DNA from: an uncultured Planctomycetaceae bacterium
Lineage (GTDB): Bacteria; Planctomycetota; Planctomycetia; Planctomycetales; Planctomycetaceae
Assembly: GCA_963815195.1 (NCBI GenBank)
Contig: CAWFGE010000023.1
Location: forward strand, 384,001 to 448,000
DNA: 64,000 bases
Reading direction: 5' to 3'
Of the stretch, positions 42,885 through 53,546 are shown piece after piece. Each line of letters starts with the position of its first letter. The stretch's first letter is position 1. A model generated the notes under the pieces. The model did not search any database. It worked only from the letters and a program-made list of their open reading frames with translations, and was not told the DNA's origin. The position numbers were made by a program, and so were the translations under genes.

Positions 42885-44786
42885 ATGAGTTTGACGAACG
42901 AACACGACACGCTGCCCCCGTCCCAAGATCCGGCTGTGGACGGCGGCGTGATCGAGCCGCCCCGCGGCTTTGGGGGCATCCTCAGAAAAATCGGGCCGGG
43001 CCTCATCATCGCGGGCAGCATCGTCGGTTCGGGGGAATTGATCGCCACGACCAAAACCGGCGCCCAGGCGGGGATTTCGCTGTTGTGGCTGATCATCATC
43101 GGCTGCCTGATTAAAGTCTTCGTGCAGATCGAACTCGGCCGATATACGATCACCCACGGCGAAACCACCCTCTCCGCGCTCGACCGCGTGCCCGGGCCCC
43201 GGCTTCGCGTGAACTTCATCATCTGGTTCTGGCTGGCGATGATGCTCTCCGGCGTCGCCCAGTTGGGCGGGATCGTGGGCGGCGTGGGACAGTCGCTGGC
43301 GCTGTCCGTGCCCATCACCGGCGATTATCTTTCCGCCATCGAAGTCCCTTCCGAAAAAGAGATCAAAAAATACCTCACCTGGAGCGATGTGCTGCTCTCG
43401 TCCTGGGATTTCCAGCGGTACGAAGACTGGCCCCTTGGCAGCGAATCCAACGTGCCGCCAAAGAGCATGACGGAAGAGGAATGGACCTGGACCGAACATC
43501 GCCTGGAAGCGAAGCAGGCCCGGTTGGAAATGCTCCGGCTCAAGGGCCTCGATCAACTCAACGAAATCAACCGCCAAGCCCTCAAAGATTTTGAGGCTTC
43601 AGCCTTTGAACCCGGCTCTTCCGAGAAAAAACGGCAGGATTTGCTTAAGGAACTCACGCCCGGCGGCCGGCGGCGATTGATCCGTGGCCACGCCGTGTTG
43701 GGCGAGCAACTGCGGGAGTTGGATCGAGACGATTACCGCGCCACCAAAGCCGTGATGGCCGTCGATCAAGACGCCGAGAACGTGGACGAGCTTCTCGAAC
43801 CCCCGACGGTCGATGACAAATACTGGGCCCTGTTTGTGACGCTGCTCACGATGGCTTTGCTCTACCGCGGGCGGTACGGGCTGATTCAAAACATCTCGCT
43901 GGTCTTAGTGGTTTCGTTTACCTTCATCACGCTGGGCAACGTCGTATCGCTGCAGGCGTCGAAGCCGTTTCACATCTCGGCCGACCAGTTCGTCCGCGGC
44001 GTGTCCTTTGGCTTGCCCCGCGCGATCGGCGACATCAACCCCTTGGCCACCGCGCTCGCGGCGTTCGGGATCATCGGGGTGGGGGCGTCGGAACTCATCA
44101 CCTATCCCTACTGGTGTCTGGAGAAAGGCTACGCCAAGTTCACCGGCCGCCGCTGCGAGGGTGACGCGTGGGCCAGGCGGGCGCGGGGTTGGATGCGGGT
44201 GATGCACGTCGATGCATTTCTGTCGATGATCGTTTACACCGTCGCGACGCTGGCGTTTTTCATCATGGGCGTCGCGGTGCTTTATAACGAAGGCCGGGAT
44301 CCGGACGGAATGCGAATGGTGAGCACGCTCGCCACCGCCTATGTGCCGGTGTTCGGCGAGTACGCCCGCTGGCTGTTTTTGATCGGAGCGGTGGCGGTCC
44401 TGTATTCCACGTTCCTCGTCGCCACCGCGGGGAACGCGCGGATGTGGACCGACGGCCTCAAAATCTTCGGGCTGATGGACCACCATAACGAAAAACTGCA
44501 CGACCGCTCGATCGTGATCTTCAGCCTGCTGATTCCCGTGTTGTGCCTCGCCTCGTTTTGGAGCGGCATCAACCCCGTGACCGCGGTGCTCATCGCCGGC
44601 TTTATGCAGGCCACCATGCTGCCTTTGATCGGTTTCGGGGCCTTGTATCTCCGCTACACAAGGACCGACCCCCGCCTGAAGCCTTCCGCCGCCTGGGACG
44701 CAGCCCTCGTCCTCTCCTGCATCGGCCTGCTCATCACCGGCGCCTGGGGCGCGATCCAGCAGATTCTCAAAGCCTTCGGGAGCTGA
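42885..44786 (+). CDS. Nramp-like divalent cation transporter family protein
   Basis: IGPGLIIAGSIVGSGELIATT, KVFVQIELGRY, YPYWCLEKGY; many TM helices. Confidence 0.85.
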   Translation: MSLTNEHDTLPPSQDPAVDGGVIEPPRGFGGILRKIGPGLIIAGSIVGSGELIATTKTGAQAGISLLWLIIIGCLIKVFVQIELGRYTITHGETTLSALDRVPGPRLRVNFIIWFWLAMMLSGVAQLGGIVGGVGQSLALSVPITGDYLSAIEVPSEKEIKKYLTWSDVLLSSWDFQRYEDWPLGSESNVPPKSMTEEEWTWTEHRLEAKQARLEMLRLKGLDQLNEINRQALKDFEASAFEPGSSEKKRQDLLKELTPGGRRRLIRGHAVLGEQLRELDRDDYRATKAVMAVDQDAENVDELLEPPTVDDKYWALFVTLLTMALLYRGRYGLIQNISLVLVVSFTFITLGNVVSLQASKPFHISADQFVRGVSFGLPRAIGDINPLATALAAFGIIGVGASELITYPYWCLEKGYAKFTGRRCEGDAWARRARGWMRVMHVDAFLSMIVYTVATLAFFIMGVAVLYNEGRDPDGMRMVSTLATAYVPVFGEYARWLFLIGAVAVLYSTFLVATAGNARMWTDGLKIFGLMDHHNEKLHDRSIVIFSLLIPVLCLASFWSGINPVTAVLIAGFMQATMLPLIGFGALYLRYTRTDPRLKPSAAWDAALVLSCIGLLITGAWGAIQQILKAFGS

Positions 44787-44845
44787 ATCCCCGTTCGCGA
44801 TTTTGCGTGATCCCACGGCGGACCATTCGAAATCCGAATCGATGC

Positions 44846-46240
44846 TTACGGATTCGTGGTCAGAAACCGCATGCGTTTGTGCACGTCGACGTTGATGCTT
44901 TGATACCGGCTGGTCACGTTGCTGGGGCTGAACAGGTTCGTGCGGATGTATTCCACGTCGCCGGTGCCGATGGCGTTGGTGAAAATCGGCAGCAAAAACT
45001 CGACGCCGAGTTTGGACGGCTGAAAGCGATGGGCATCGTAAAACAGCGGATGCAGGGCGCGGGGATGGATGGTGTTCCAGCGGTCGCGGAGCTTGTTCGC
45101 GTTGATGGAATCCATCGTGAACCCCTTGGCGCGGGACCATTGCAGCGTGGCGATGTAGTTGTTTTGATGCTGGAGCAAAAGATCGACCGCCGTCCCGCCC
45201 AACTGCGCCGCGTGAAAACGGTCGAAGCGGATCGGCCGCCCGCCGCGCTGCGTGTGGCCGACTTTCCGCGTGAAGATGGCCGAGGCGGCGTTTTCGTGCC
45301 GGCGCTTGCTCTTGAAGAACATGTCGCCGAGTTGCCGGGCGAGGATCGATTTGAGCGACTCGGCCGCCCCGCTGAACATGATGTTTCCCGCGGGGTCGCG
45401 GGATGAGGACATGGCCCCCAGCGGCATTCCTTTGTCATCCGTCACGCCTTCGCCCACGACGATCACCGCGTGCTTCTGCAAGTCGTAAAGCTCGCGGACC
45501 CGCGATTCCAAAGCGGCCATGTTGATGGGCACTTCGGGGATGAGAATAATGTCCGGCTGGCCGTAAGCCGACCCCAAGGCGATGTAGCCCGACTGCCGGC
45601 CCATGACTTCCACGATCGCGATCCGGCGGTGGCTCTCGGCGGTCGTCCGCACCCGCTGAATGCCCTCGGCCACAACCATCACGGCGGTCGCATAGCCGGG
45701 CGTCGCGTAGTTGATGAGTTCTTCCAGGTCCAGGTCGCTGCGGGATTCCGAGCGGCGGTAGGCCGGCTCGCCGTCGGGTTGGACTTCGCGGATCCATTCG
45801 TTGGGTTCTTCGAGGTAATTGAGACCCAGATCGTTGTCGATCGTCTTGGGGGCGAGCACGCAGGGGAAAAACTCGGACAGAGGCTGCATCCCGTTGATCG
45901 TCCCATCGCCGCCGATGCAAATCAATCCCTCGATTTTGAGGCGGTCGAGTCGCCGGGTGACTTCTTTGAGTTCTTCGGTGTGCTCGGGATCGATGTAGGT
46001 TCGCGACGCCCCCAGAATCGTGCCGCCCAAACAGGGATCGAGTTCCGGAATGGTGGTAAACAAAGGATTCAGCGGAACGTGCGGGACGCGGGGGTCCACC
46101 ATGCCGCCGAAGCCTTTCACGATCCCGTAGATTTCGATATCCAACTGGTTCGCCCGTTGGACGGCACCGTAAATGGTGGCGTTGAGCGCGGGGGTGTCTC
46201 CCCCGGCGGTCAGAATCGCGATCCGTTTCATGTCAGGCAT
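44846..46240 (-). CDS. pfkA: 6-phosphofructokinase (PfkA family)
   Basis: ILTAGGDTPALNA, GGTILG, GGDGT, PKTIDND, EVMGR, GHTQRGG. Confidence 0.92.
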   Translation of the reverse strand: MPDMKRIAILTAGGDTPALNATIYGAVQRANQLDIEIYGIVKGFGGMVDPRVPHVPLNPLFTTIPELDPCLGGTILGASRTYIDPEHTEELKEVTRRLDRLKIEGLICIGGDGTINGMQPLSEFFPCVLAPKTIDNDLGLNYLEEPNEWIREVQPDGEPAYRRSESRSDLDLEELINYATPGYATAVMVVAEGIQRVRTTAESHRRIAIVEVMGRQSGYIALGSAYGQPDIILIPEVPINMAALESRVRELYDLQKHAVIVVGEGVTDDKGMPLGAMSSSRDPAGNIMFSGAAESLKSILARQLGDMFFKSKRRHENAASAIFTRKVGHTQRGGRPIRFDRFHAAQLGGTAVDLLLQHQNNYIATLQWSRAKGFTMDSINANKLRDRWNTIHPRALHPLFYDAHRFQPSKLGVEFLLPIFTNAIGTGDVEYIRTNLFSPSNVTSRYQSINVDVHKRMRFLTTNP

Positions 46241-46485
46241 CCTCGAAGGAGATTTCGAGCCGACTCGTCTTGAAGGCTCTTGGCAAACACAATATACCAA
46301 GGGAAGAACACCGGCCACAAAGCAGCAGGAGCACCCCGCACCGCGCCGATCCCGCCTTCCGGTTCGATGCCAGCGCCCTTCTGCTCTCGGCTCGTGCGTA
46401 TCGTGGCTTGTTCGCGCGTCCGCGGCAAGAGCGATCTGCTGAGTTTCCGGGCACGCCCGTCCATTCGACGATCGGAAGGAAGACC

Positions 46486-47703
46486 ATGAAAACCTACTTC
46501 GGATATTTCTGCTCGGCCTTGCTGGGAGGCTGTTTTGCCGCGTGGCTGACGCAAGCCGGCCCCGTGACGGAAATCTCGGCCCAGGTCAATTCCAACCCGC
46601 CAGGGGCCAAGGCAAACCAGGGGCCGAACCTTCCCAATCTTCCGGCGCGCCCCGATTTCCAAGCCCCTAAAACGCCGCCGCGCGACCCGGCCCAAACGCC
46701 TGATGCGCTCCCGCTTCCCAACGACGGTTTAACGCGGGAAGAGGTGATCAACGTGGCGGTCTATGAAAACTGCAACCGCTCCGTCGTGAACATCACCACG
46801 CAAGGCGTTCGCGCCGACGGGTTCTTTGTGATGGAAATGCCGGCGAAGGGCAGCGGCTCCGGCGTGGTCCTCGATCAGGCCGGGCACATTCTCACGAACT
46901 ATCATGTCGTCGAAGACGCCGGACAGGTGGAGGTCACGTTGTTCGATGGCAAATCGTTTGCGGCAAACGTGATCGGGGCCGACCCGATCAACGATTTGGC
47001 TGTCTTGCAGATCGACGCCCCCAAAACCGTGCTGTTTCCCACCACCTTCGGCGATTCCAACATTCTCCAGGTCGGGATGAAGGTCTTCGCCATCGGGAAT
47101 CCTTTCGGCCTCGAACGAACCATGACCACCGGCATCATCGCCAGCTTGAACCGCTCGCTGCAAGTGCGGGGCAACCGGTCGATCCGGGCGATCATTCAAA
47201 TCGACGCCGACATCAACCCCGGCAACTCCGGCGGGCCGCTGCTCAACGCCCGCGGACAACTCATCGGCTTGAACACCGCCATCGCGAGCCAGAACGGACA
47301 AAGCGCAGGCGTGGGTTTTGCGATTCCCGTGAACCTCGCCAAGCGCGTCGTGCCGCAGTTGATCCAGCACGGCCGCGTGATCCGTCCGGACATCGGCATT
47401 CAGCGGGTCTATGAAACCGAAAAGGGCCTGTTAATCGCCCGGCTCACGCCGAACGGTCCCGCCGAGAAAGCCAACCTCCGGGGTCCGAAGATCGTCCGCA
47501 GTCGCCGGGGCGTGTTCATTGTGGAGAACATCGACCGCAGCGCCGCGGATTTGATCGTCGCCGTGGACGGCAAGAAGGTGGAATCGACGGACGATTTTCT
47601 GAGGTACATCGAATCGCAAAAAATCGGCCAACAGGTGGAACTGACCGTCATCCGCGAAGGCCGCCGAATTGCTGTGCCTGTGACGCTCGGCCAGAGTGAA
47701 TAG
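46486..47703 (+). CDS. HtrA/DegP-like trypsin serine protease with PDZ domain
   Basis: ILTNYHVV, DLAVL, INPGNSGGPL. Confidence 0.93.
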   Translation: MKTYFGYFCSALLGGCFAAWLTQAGPVTEISAQVNSNPPGAKANQGPNLPNLPARPDFQAPKTPPRDPAQTPDALPLPNDGLTREEVINVAVYENCNRSVVNITTQGVRADGFFVMEMPAKGSGSGVVLDQAGHILTNYHVVEDAGQVEVTLFDGKSFAANVIGADPINDLAVLQIDAPKTVLFPTTFGDSNILQVGMKVFAIGNPFGLERTMTTGIIASLNRSLQVRGNRSIRAIIQIDADINPGNSGGPLLNARGQLIGLNTAIASQNGQSAGVGFAIPVNLAKRVVPQLIQHGRVIRPDIGIQRVYETEKGLLIARLTPNGPAEKANLRGPKIVRSRRGVFIVENIDRSAADLIVAVDGKKVESTDDFLRYIESQKIGQQVELTVIREGRRIAVPVTLGQSE

Positions 47704-47726
47704 CGGAGGAAAATCCGAATCGTGAT

Positions 47727-48120
47727 CTCGTTCCCAAGCTCCAGCTTGGGAACGCACTCGTCGCCAAGCTCTGCTTGGCAACGCGCGAATCAACGGGCGA
47801 GTCACATCCGGCAGTCCCGCGTAATTACGGGCGCTTGAATAGTGCCAGTGAATCGGATCATCGATGTAACCCCGATTTACGGGATTGAAATGCACGTACT
47901 CCAGTTTCTGCCACTTCACATGATCTGTTCGGATTTGTTTGGGTTTCGATCCTTCCTGCCAGAGGTGGTACGCCGAGTCTTTCTTGTGTGACAATTTCAA
48001 CCGGGCGAACTGATTCCAATCGTTGACAACTGAGTTTTTTTCAAAAGCGTTGATAGATCATGCACGTTGCGAAGCGGAGCTTCGCGAGAGTGCGTTCCCA
48101 AGCTGGAGCTTGGGAACGAG
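47727..48120 (-). mobile_element. Deleted REPtron/MITE-like element: RAYT fragment between REP inverted repeats
   Basis: 33-bp perfect IR 47727-47759 / 48088-48120, extending to ~60 bp; the interior encodes the RAYT C-terminus. Confidence 0.85.
47795..48015 (-). pseudogene. REP-associated tyrosine transposase (RAYT/TnpA-REP) C-terminal fragment
   Basis: HKKDSAYHLWQEGSKP...QKLEYVHFNPVNRGYIDDPIHWHYSSARNY; HUH-bearing N-terminal half absent. Confidence 0.85.
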
Positions 48121-48217
48121 GGGGAAAAACCTCTGTTGCATGGAACACGGAAAGCCGAAGGAGTGGGTTGTCACGCCTTCGGCTTTTTCGTGTGTTTTGT
48201 GGTAATTCAAACCAGGA

Positions 48218-49147
48218 CTACGCGGCGTGGGCGAGGCAGTCTAGATCTTCCGCGCAGAGGCGGTCGCGGGTGCCGGTTTCGGATTGGTCTCGCAGCCGCT
48301 TCAAACATTCGGCGAGCATCGGGAGTGCCGTGCCCACGGCCCGGCGGAAGCGGCCGGAGTTGAGCGAAGTTTCGCCCTGCCCGAAGCCGGTCTCGGATTG
48401 CGGCATGTGGTGAAACCGCGGGCGGGTCAGTTGAAATTCCTGCGCGAGGCGATGGGCAAAGTGCACGAAGTTGACCCGCTCGCTGCCGCCGATGTGATAC
48501 ACGCCTTCCAAGCCCCGGTCCCAGGCTTGGATCAAGAGTTCCGCAAACCGCGAGGCTTCGATGGGCGTGGCATAGTTCGCCGCCGGGACGGTCAGCCGCG
48601 ATTCCCCGGCCATCCGGTCGAGCAACGTTTCCAGCCAACCGCCTTCGGGGAGCGGACTCCAACCGAACACGTTGGTCCGCAAAACCAGGGCCGCGGGACA
48701 CGCCTTGAGCACTTGGGCTTCCATCCGGCGAATCGACTGCGCGGCGTCGGACTCGCAACAGCCGTTGCAGTCTTCTTCGTGGAACATCCACGGGCCGTGG
48801 AACACGGCATCGGTGGAAACCGCGATCAGCTTCGCGCCGGTTTCGGCGACGATCCGCGCCCAAAGGGCCGCCGATTGCAATCCGTCCCTGTCGAATTCGC
48901 TTTGATCCGCCAGCGACCAAAGCGGAACCGCGGCCGGTCCGCACAGCACCACCAAATCGGGCGAGGTCACCGCCAATTCGCGGCGAATGTCTTCGGCGGT
49001 CTCGGGAACGGCGTGGCGAATGTCACAGCCCGCGATATGGACGCCGTCCGCCTGCGAGAACCCCGTCACGCGATGATGATGAGAAAGGGTGGCTGCCAGG
49101 TTGCCCCCGGCAATGGTTTCCACGCCCACAACGAGAACACGTTTCAT
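48218..49147 (-). CDS. RmlD-like sugar-nucleotide-binding SDR protein
   Basis: VSTDAVFHG, LVLRTNVFGW, GVYHIGGSE; lacks the canonical YxxxK. Confidence 0.8.
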   Translation of the reverse strand: MKRVLVVGVETIAGGNLAATLSHHHRVTGFSQADGVHIAGCDIRHAVPETAEDIRRELAVTSPDLVVLCGPAAVPLWSLADQSEFDRDGLQSAALWARIVAETGAKLIAVSTDAVFHGPWMFHEEDCNGCCESDAAQSIRRMEAQVLKACPAALVLRTNVFGWSPLPEGGWLETLLDRMAGESRLTVPAANYATPIEASRFAELLIQAWDRGLEGVYHIGGSERVNFVHFAHRLAQEFQLTRPRFHHMPQSETGFGQGETSLNSGRFRRAVGTALPMLAECLKRLRDQSETGTRDRLCAEDLDCLAHAA

Positions 49148-49383
49148 AAGTCGCCTCCCTGCAGAGTTTGAAAGGGGAGTTCGTTCCACGAACTCCCGGA
49201 AATCTTAAACGAAATCCGCCGAAATATATTCCAACGTCCCGTGCGGCGACAAGCCCAGTTTGCCCAGTTTTCCCGGCGTCAGTACGCGGAAACCAGAAAC
49301 GAAGCGGCGTGTTTCTGGTAATTCCAGAAGGGTTCCGCTACCGTGGCGACCGAGATAGGATATTATTGCTGCACGGAGTTTTT

Positions 49384-49689
49384 GTGGAAAAATCCGAAAA
49401 TCCTGCCGATCTGTTGAACTCTGTTTGCGATGAAGAAACGTTGCTCACGTTTGTCGAAGCGTTGATCGGCGATCGCGAAGAGCAGGTGCGAGAACAACCG
49501 GACGGCCCGCCGGCGCACTATCAAGGTCAGGGAAGCCGCGGATGGTACAATCATACGATTGAGGGTTTCTTAGAGGCAGCGGCGGCCTGGGGACGAAGCA
49601 CCCAGATGGGCAAAACGCAGACGATGGAAAACGACTCGCCCTGGAAACGTTTTGCCGTGTTTCTCTATTGCGGCAAGATTTACGAGTGA
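49384..49689 (+). CDS. Small hypothetical protein (DUF7660-like)
   Basis: WYNHTIEGFLEAAAAW...PWKRFAVFLYCGKIYE; GTG start with GGAG upstream. Confidence 0.7.
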   Translation: MEKSENPADLLNSVCDEETLLTFVEALIGDREEQVREQPDGPPAHYQGQGSRGWYNHTIEGFLEAAAAWGRSTQMGKTQTMENDSPWKRFAVFLYCGKIYE

Positions 49690-49692
49690 ATC

Positions 49693-50187
49693 ATGAGCGA
49701 AGACGAATCGCCCTGGGTGGGGATTATTATGGGCAGCAAGTCGGATTGGGAGACCATGCGGCTTGCGGCGGAGGTGCTGGAAGGCTTCGGCGTGCCGCAC
49801 GAATGCCGGGTCGTCTCGGCCCACCGCACACCGGAATGGATGGTCGAATACGCCAAGACCGCCGAAGGCCGGGGCCTCGAAGTCCTGATCGCCGGGGCGG
49901 GCGGCGCAGCGCATCTGCCGGGGATGGTGGCTTCGCTGACATTGCTGCCGGTGCTCGGCGTCCCGGTGAAAAGCCGGGCGCTGTCCGGATTGGATTCGCT
50001 GCTTTCGATCGTGCAAATGCCCGGCGGCGTGCCCGTGGGGACCTTGGCGATCGGTGATTCCGGTGCGAAGAACGCGGCACTGTTGGCAGTGCGAATCCTG
50101 GCGAACCATCACCCCGAACTGCGGGACAAACTGCGAACCTTCCACCAAGAGCAAACCGACAACGTTTTGGGCGATTCCGAATTATGA
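49693..50187 (+). CDS. purE: N5-CAIR mutase
   Basis: [33 protein letters not shown]. Confidence 0.97.
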   Translation: MSEDESPWVGIIMGSKSDWETMRLAAEVLEGFGVPHECRVVSAHRTPEWMVEYAKTAEGRGLEVLIAGAGGAAHLPGMVASLTLLPVLGVPVKSRALSGLDSLLSIVQMPGGVPVGTLAIGDSGAKNAALLAVRILANHHPELRDKLRTFHQEQTDNVLGDSEL

Positions 50188-51326
50188 GCGAAGTCATCCT
50201 ACCGGGTTCCACGCTCGGCGTGTTGGGCAGCGGGCAGTTGGGGCGGATGTTCGCGATCGCGGCCCGGCGGCTGGGCTACCGTGTGCATGTCCTGTCCCCC
50301 GATACCGACACGCCCACAGGCCAGGTCGCGGACGTGGAAATCAAAGCCGACTATCGAGACCTGGAAAAGGTCGCGGACTTCGCCCGGCGGGTCAGCGTGG
50401 TCACATTTGAATTTGAAAATGTCCCGGCCGAGACCACCGAAGTCGCCGCGAAATATGCCCCGGTGCGTCCCGGCGGCGATGTGTTGCACACGTCGCAAAA
50501 TCGGCTGAGGGAGAAAACGACGCTCCAAACCGCGGGTCTGCCGGTCACGGCGTTCGCCGCCGTCCGCTCGGCCCTCGAACTGGAATCGGCCCTGGAAAAA
50601 CTCGGCTGCCCCGCGGTTCTCAAAACCGCCGCCTGGGGCTACGACGGCAAAGGACAAACCGTGATCCGCGACCGCGCCGCCGCCGAGACCGGCTGGAAGG
50701 AACTTCGCACGGACGAAGCGATTCTCGAAACGCTCATCGATTTCGAACGGGAACTCTCCGTGGTCGGAGCGCGGGGACGGGACGGCTCGTTCGTGTTCTA
50801 CGGGCCGATGGAAAATCGTCACGAAAACCACATTCTCGACGTGTCCCTCTGCCCGGCGGAATTGCCCGAAAACGTGGTCCGCGACGCCGAGGAGATCACC
50901 CGCAGCGTGTTCGAGCGGTTGAGCGTGGTCGGCGTGTTGTGCGTGGAGTTTTTCCTGACGCGGGACGGGCGGCTGTTGATCAACGAGTTGGCCCCTCGGC
51001 CGCACAACTCCGGTCATCTCACCGTCGATGCCCACGTAACCTGCCAGTTCGAGCAGCAAGTGCGCGCCGTGTGCGGATTGCCTTTGGGATCGACCGAACA
51101 AACACGGCCCGCGGTGATGGCGAACCTTTTAGGCGATCTCTGGCAACAGGGCGAACCAGACTGGTCCGCCGCCCTTTCGCATCCCGCGGTGAAACTGCAT
51201 CTCTACGGCAAACAGGAGCCGCGCCCGGGCCGCAAAATGGGCCACCTCACCGCGCTCGCTCCCACGCGGGAAGCCGCCTTGGAACATGCCCTCGCCGCAA
51301 GAGCGGCTCTTTCGACGGAACGCTGA
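50184..51326 (+). CDS. purK: N5-CAIR synthase
   Basis: [41 protein letters not shown]. Confidence 0.97.
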   Translation: MSEVILPGSTLGVLGSGQLGRMFAIAARRLGYRVHVLSPDTDTPTGQVADVEIKADYRDLEKVADFARRVSVVTFEFENVPAETTEVAAKYAPVRPGGDVLHTSQNRLREKTTLQTAGLPVTAFAAVRSALELESALEKLGCPAVLKTAAWGYDGKGQTVIRDRAAAETGWKELRTDEAILETLIDFERELSVVGARGRDGSFVFYGPMENRHENHILDVSLCPAELPENVVRDAEEITRSVFERLSVVGVLCVEFFLTRDGRLLINELAPRPHNSGHLTVDAHVTCQFEQQVRAVCGLPLGSTEQTRPAVMANLLGDLWQQGEPDWSAALSHPAVKLHLYGKQEPRPGRKMGHLTALAPTREAALEHALAARAALSTER

Positions 51327-51430
51327 AAGATCGTCCGCCGGACGGGGCAGGATTTCGGCGGCTTGCTATAATTCCAGAGATGGCAAATCGCAAATTGGCA
51401 AGGGACGATATTTGACCTGGGGCGGATGTT

Positions 51431-52222
51431 GTGACGGTTGATAAATCGGAAAAACGCATTCAGGAGATGTTCGGGGAAATCTCGCCGCGCTACGATTTCC
51501 TGAACCATTTTCTTTCCGGCGGCACGGATTACTATTGGCGGTGGCGGGCGGTGCGGGCGGTGCCCCCGGGCGAGGGGCCGATTTTGGATGTGTGCACCGG
51601 CACAGGGGACTTGGGAATCGCCTATTGGAAAAAAGCCCGCGGACGCGTGCCGGTCGTGGGCAGCGACTTTACGCGGGAAATGCTTGTGCTCGCGCGGGCC
51701 AAGTCCGCCCGGCACACGAAACCGGCCGCCGCGCCTATAAACTTCGTAGCCGCCGACACCCAGCGGCTTCCGTTTGCGGAGGATGAGTTCCAAATCGTCT
51801 CGGTCGCCTTTGGACTCCGAAACGTCACGCACACCGGGCAAGGCCTCGCCGAGATGGTCCGCGTGTGCCGGCCCGGCGGGCGGGTGCTGGTTTTGGAATT
51901 CTCCATGCCGCGGAACCCAATCCTCGGCAGGCTCTACCGCTGGTACTTTCGAAACATCCTGCCCCGCCTCGGCCAGTTCTTCTCCCGCAATCGGCAGTCG
52001 GCCTACAACTATCTGCCCGAGTCGGTCTCGGAATTCCCCCACGGCCGGGCGCTCGCCGACCTCATGGAAGCCGCCGGCTTGGAGCATGTCGTCTTTAAGC
52101 CGCTGACCTTCGGGATTGCCACGATGTACTGGGGCACGAAACCGCCGGCCGAGGAAAGAACAGGAGAAGAAGAGATCGGGAGAAGGGGAGAGCACGCGGC
52201 TCGGCTCGCCAAAAATTCATAA
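51431..52222 (+). CDS. ubiE: Demethylmenaquinone methyltransferase UbiE/MenG
   Basis: YDFLNHFLS, LDVCTGTGD, AFGLRNV, AYNYLPESV. Confidence 0.93.
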   Translation: MTVDKSEKRIQEMFGEISPRYDFLNHFLSGGTDYYWRWRAVRAVPPGEGPILDVCTGTGDLGIAYWKKARGRVPVVGSDFTREMLVLARAKSARHTKPAAAPINFVAADTQRLPFAEDEFQIVSVAFGLRNVTHTGQGLAEMVRVCRPGGRVLVLEFSMPRNPILGRLYRWYFRNILPRLGQFFSRNRQSAYNYLPESVSEFPHGRALADLMEAAGLEHVVFKPLTFGIATMYWGTKPPAEERTGEEEIGRRGEHAARLAKNS

Positions 52223-52242
52223 CGAACAACGGACGCATTCCC

Positions 52243-52929
52243 ATGAATGATATTGTTTTGGCGATTACCGGGGCGAGCGGTTCGATTTATGCCCTCAGGC
52301 TGCTCGAAGTGCTGCTGGCGGCGGGGAGCAATGTGCAGCTCACCATCAGCCCGGCCGGGGTGGAAGTCCTCAAGCAGGAGTTGGACATCCAACTCGATTT
52401 GGACAACTTCGACGAATCCCAGTTGATGCCCACCGATGCCGACCTCGCGGCGGACAGCAAGCTCGCGGCCCTCAGGTCGTCGAGCGGCGACAGCAACGTG
52501 CTGAGTTCGGTCTTCAGCGAGAACGAAGTCACGCCGGGCCGATTGGTCTATCACCACTATCAGGATTTCTCCGCGGGGATTGCCAGCGGTTCGTTTTTGA
52601 CGGCGGGGATGGTCGTCTGCCCGTGCTCGATGGGCACGCTGGGTAGTTTGGCCAACGGGATTTCCTCGAACCTGATCCACCGCGCGGCGGACGTGCATTT
52701 GAAGGAACGCCGCAAGCTCATCGTCGTCCCCCGGGAAACGCCCTTGGGCAGCATTCAACTGGACAACATGAAACGCCTCGCCGACGCGGGCGCGGTGATC
52801 CTCCCCGCGATGCCCGGCTTCTATCATAACCCCGTGAGCATTCAGGACCTGGTCGATTTCGTCGTGGGCCGCATCTGCGACCAACTCGGCATCGCCCAAG
52901 ACCTGTTCCACCGCTGGGGCCAAAGGTAA
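52243..52929 (+). CDS. ubiX: Flavin prenyltransferase
   Basis: AITGASG, IASGSF, PCSMGTL, RAADVHLKERR, PRETP, PAMPGFY. Confidence 0.95.
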   Translation: MNDIVLAITGASGSIYALRLLEVLLAAGSNVQLTISPAGVEVLKQELDIQLDLDNFDESQLMPTDADLAADSKLAALRSSSGDSNVLSSVFSENEVTPGRLVYHHYQDFSAGIASGSFLTAGMVVCPCSMGTLGSLANGISSNLIHRAADVHLKERRKLIVVPRETPLGSIQLDNMKRLADAGAVILPAMPGFYHNPVSIQDLVDFVVGRICDQLGIAQDLFHRWGQR

Positions 52930-53396
52930 TGTCGATCTGCCCCATGTGCGGCCACGCGGTGAGCGAAGGCCGACACCGCTGCCCGAACTGCGGCGAACAA
53001 AGGGAACTCACGGTTGCGGCGTTGGCGGTTGTCGTTCCTTGCATTTGGAAATTGAGATCAGCGAGCATTGCCAATTGTCTTGGCGTCGTGCCTGTCGCGG
53101 GGAGCTTCGGTTCGCTTTGCTTTTTCACGTTTCTCAATCGCTTGTCGCGCTTCATTTATCGCAGGGATTTGGAGCGAACGCTGTTTGCAGCAACGGGGTT
53201 TTTCTTGATGAGCTACATCATCGGCCTGATTGCCCTTCCGCTCGCGATTCTTCGTGGCGAATCCTCTCAAGTCTGGATTTTAGGTGTTGTCTATTTTGCA
53301 TTGTTCATCCATTTGGTCGGATGGTTCCTTACGGTTCGACTGGTGAGTAAAATGCGCAGAGCGTTAAACCCGCTCTCAAAGAAGCGAGTTCCTTAG
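52929..53396 (+). CDS. Hypothetical membrane protein with N-terminal zinc ribbon
   Basis: CPMCG...CPNCG then hydrophobic helices; TAATG overlap; AT-richer than flanks. Confidence 0.6.
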   Translation: MSICPMCGHAVSEGRHRCPNCGEQRELTVAALAVVVPCIWKLRSASIANCLGVVPVAGSFGSLCFFTFLNRLSRFIYRRDLERTLFAATGFFLMSYIIGLIALPLAILRGESSQVWILGVVYFALFIHLVGWFLTVRLVSKMRRALNPLSKKRVP

Positions 53397-53546
53397 CTTA
53401 GTTTCGTATGAGAAAAATGTGTCCTCGATTCTTTGAGCGGCACGGCCCTAGCCGCCGGTTTTTCACGTTCCGCGAACCGGTGGCTAGCGCCATTCCGCTC
53501 ACATATTTCTCGAATAATCCTTAATTTCGTTTGCAGCGATGAGACC

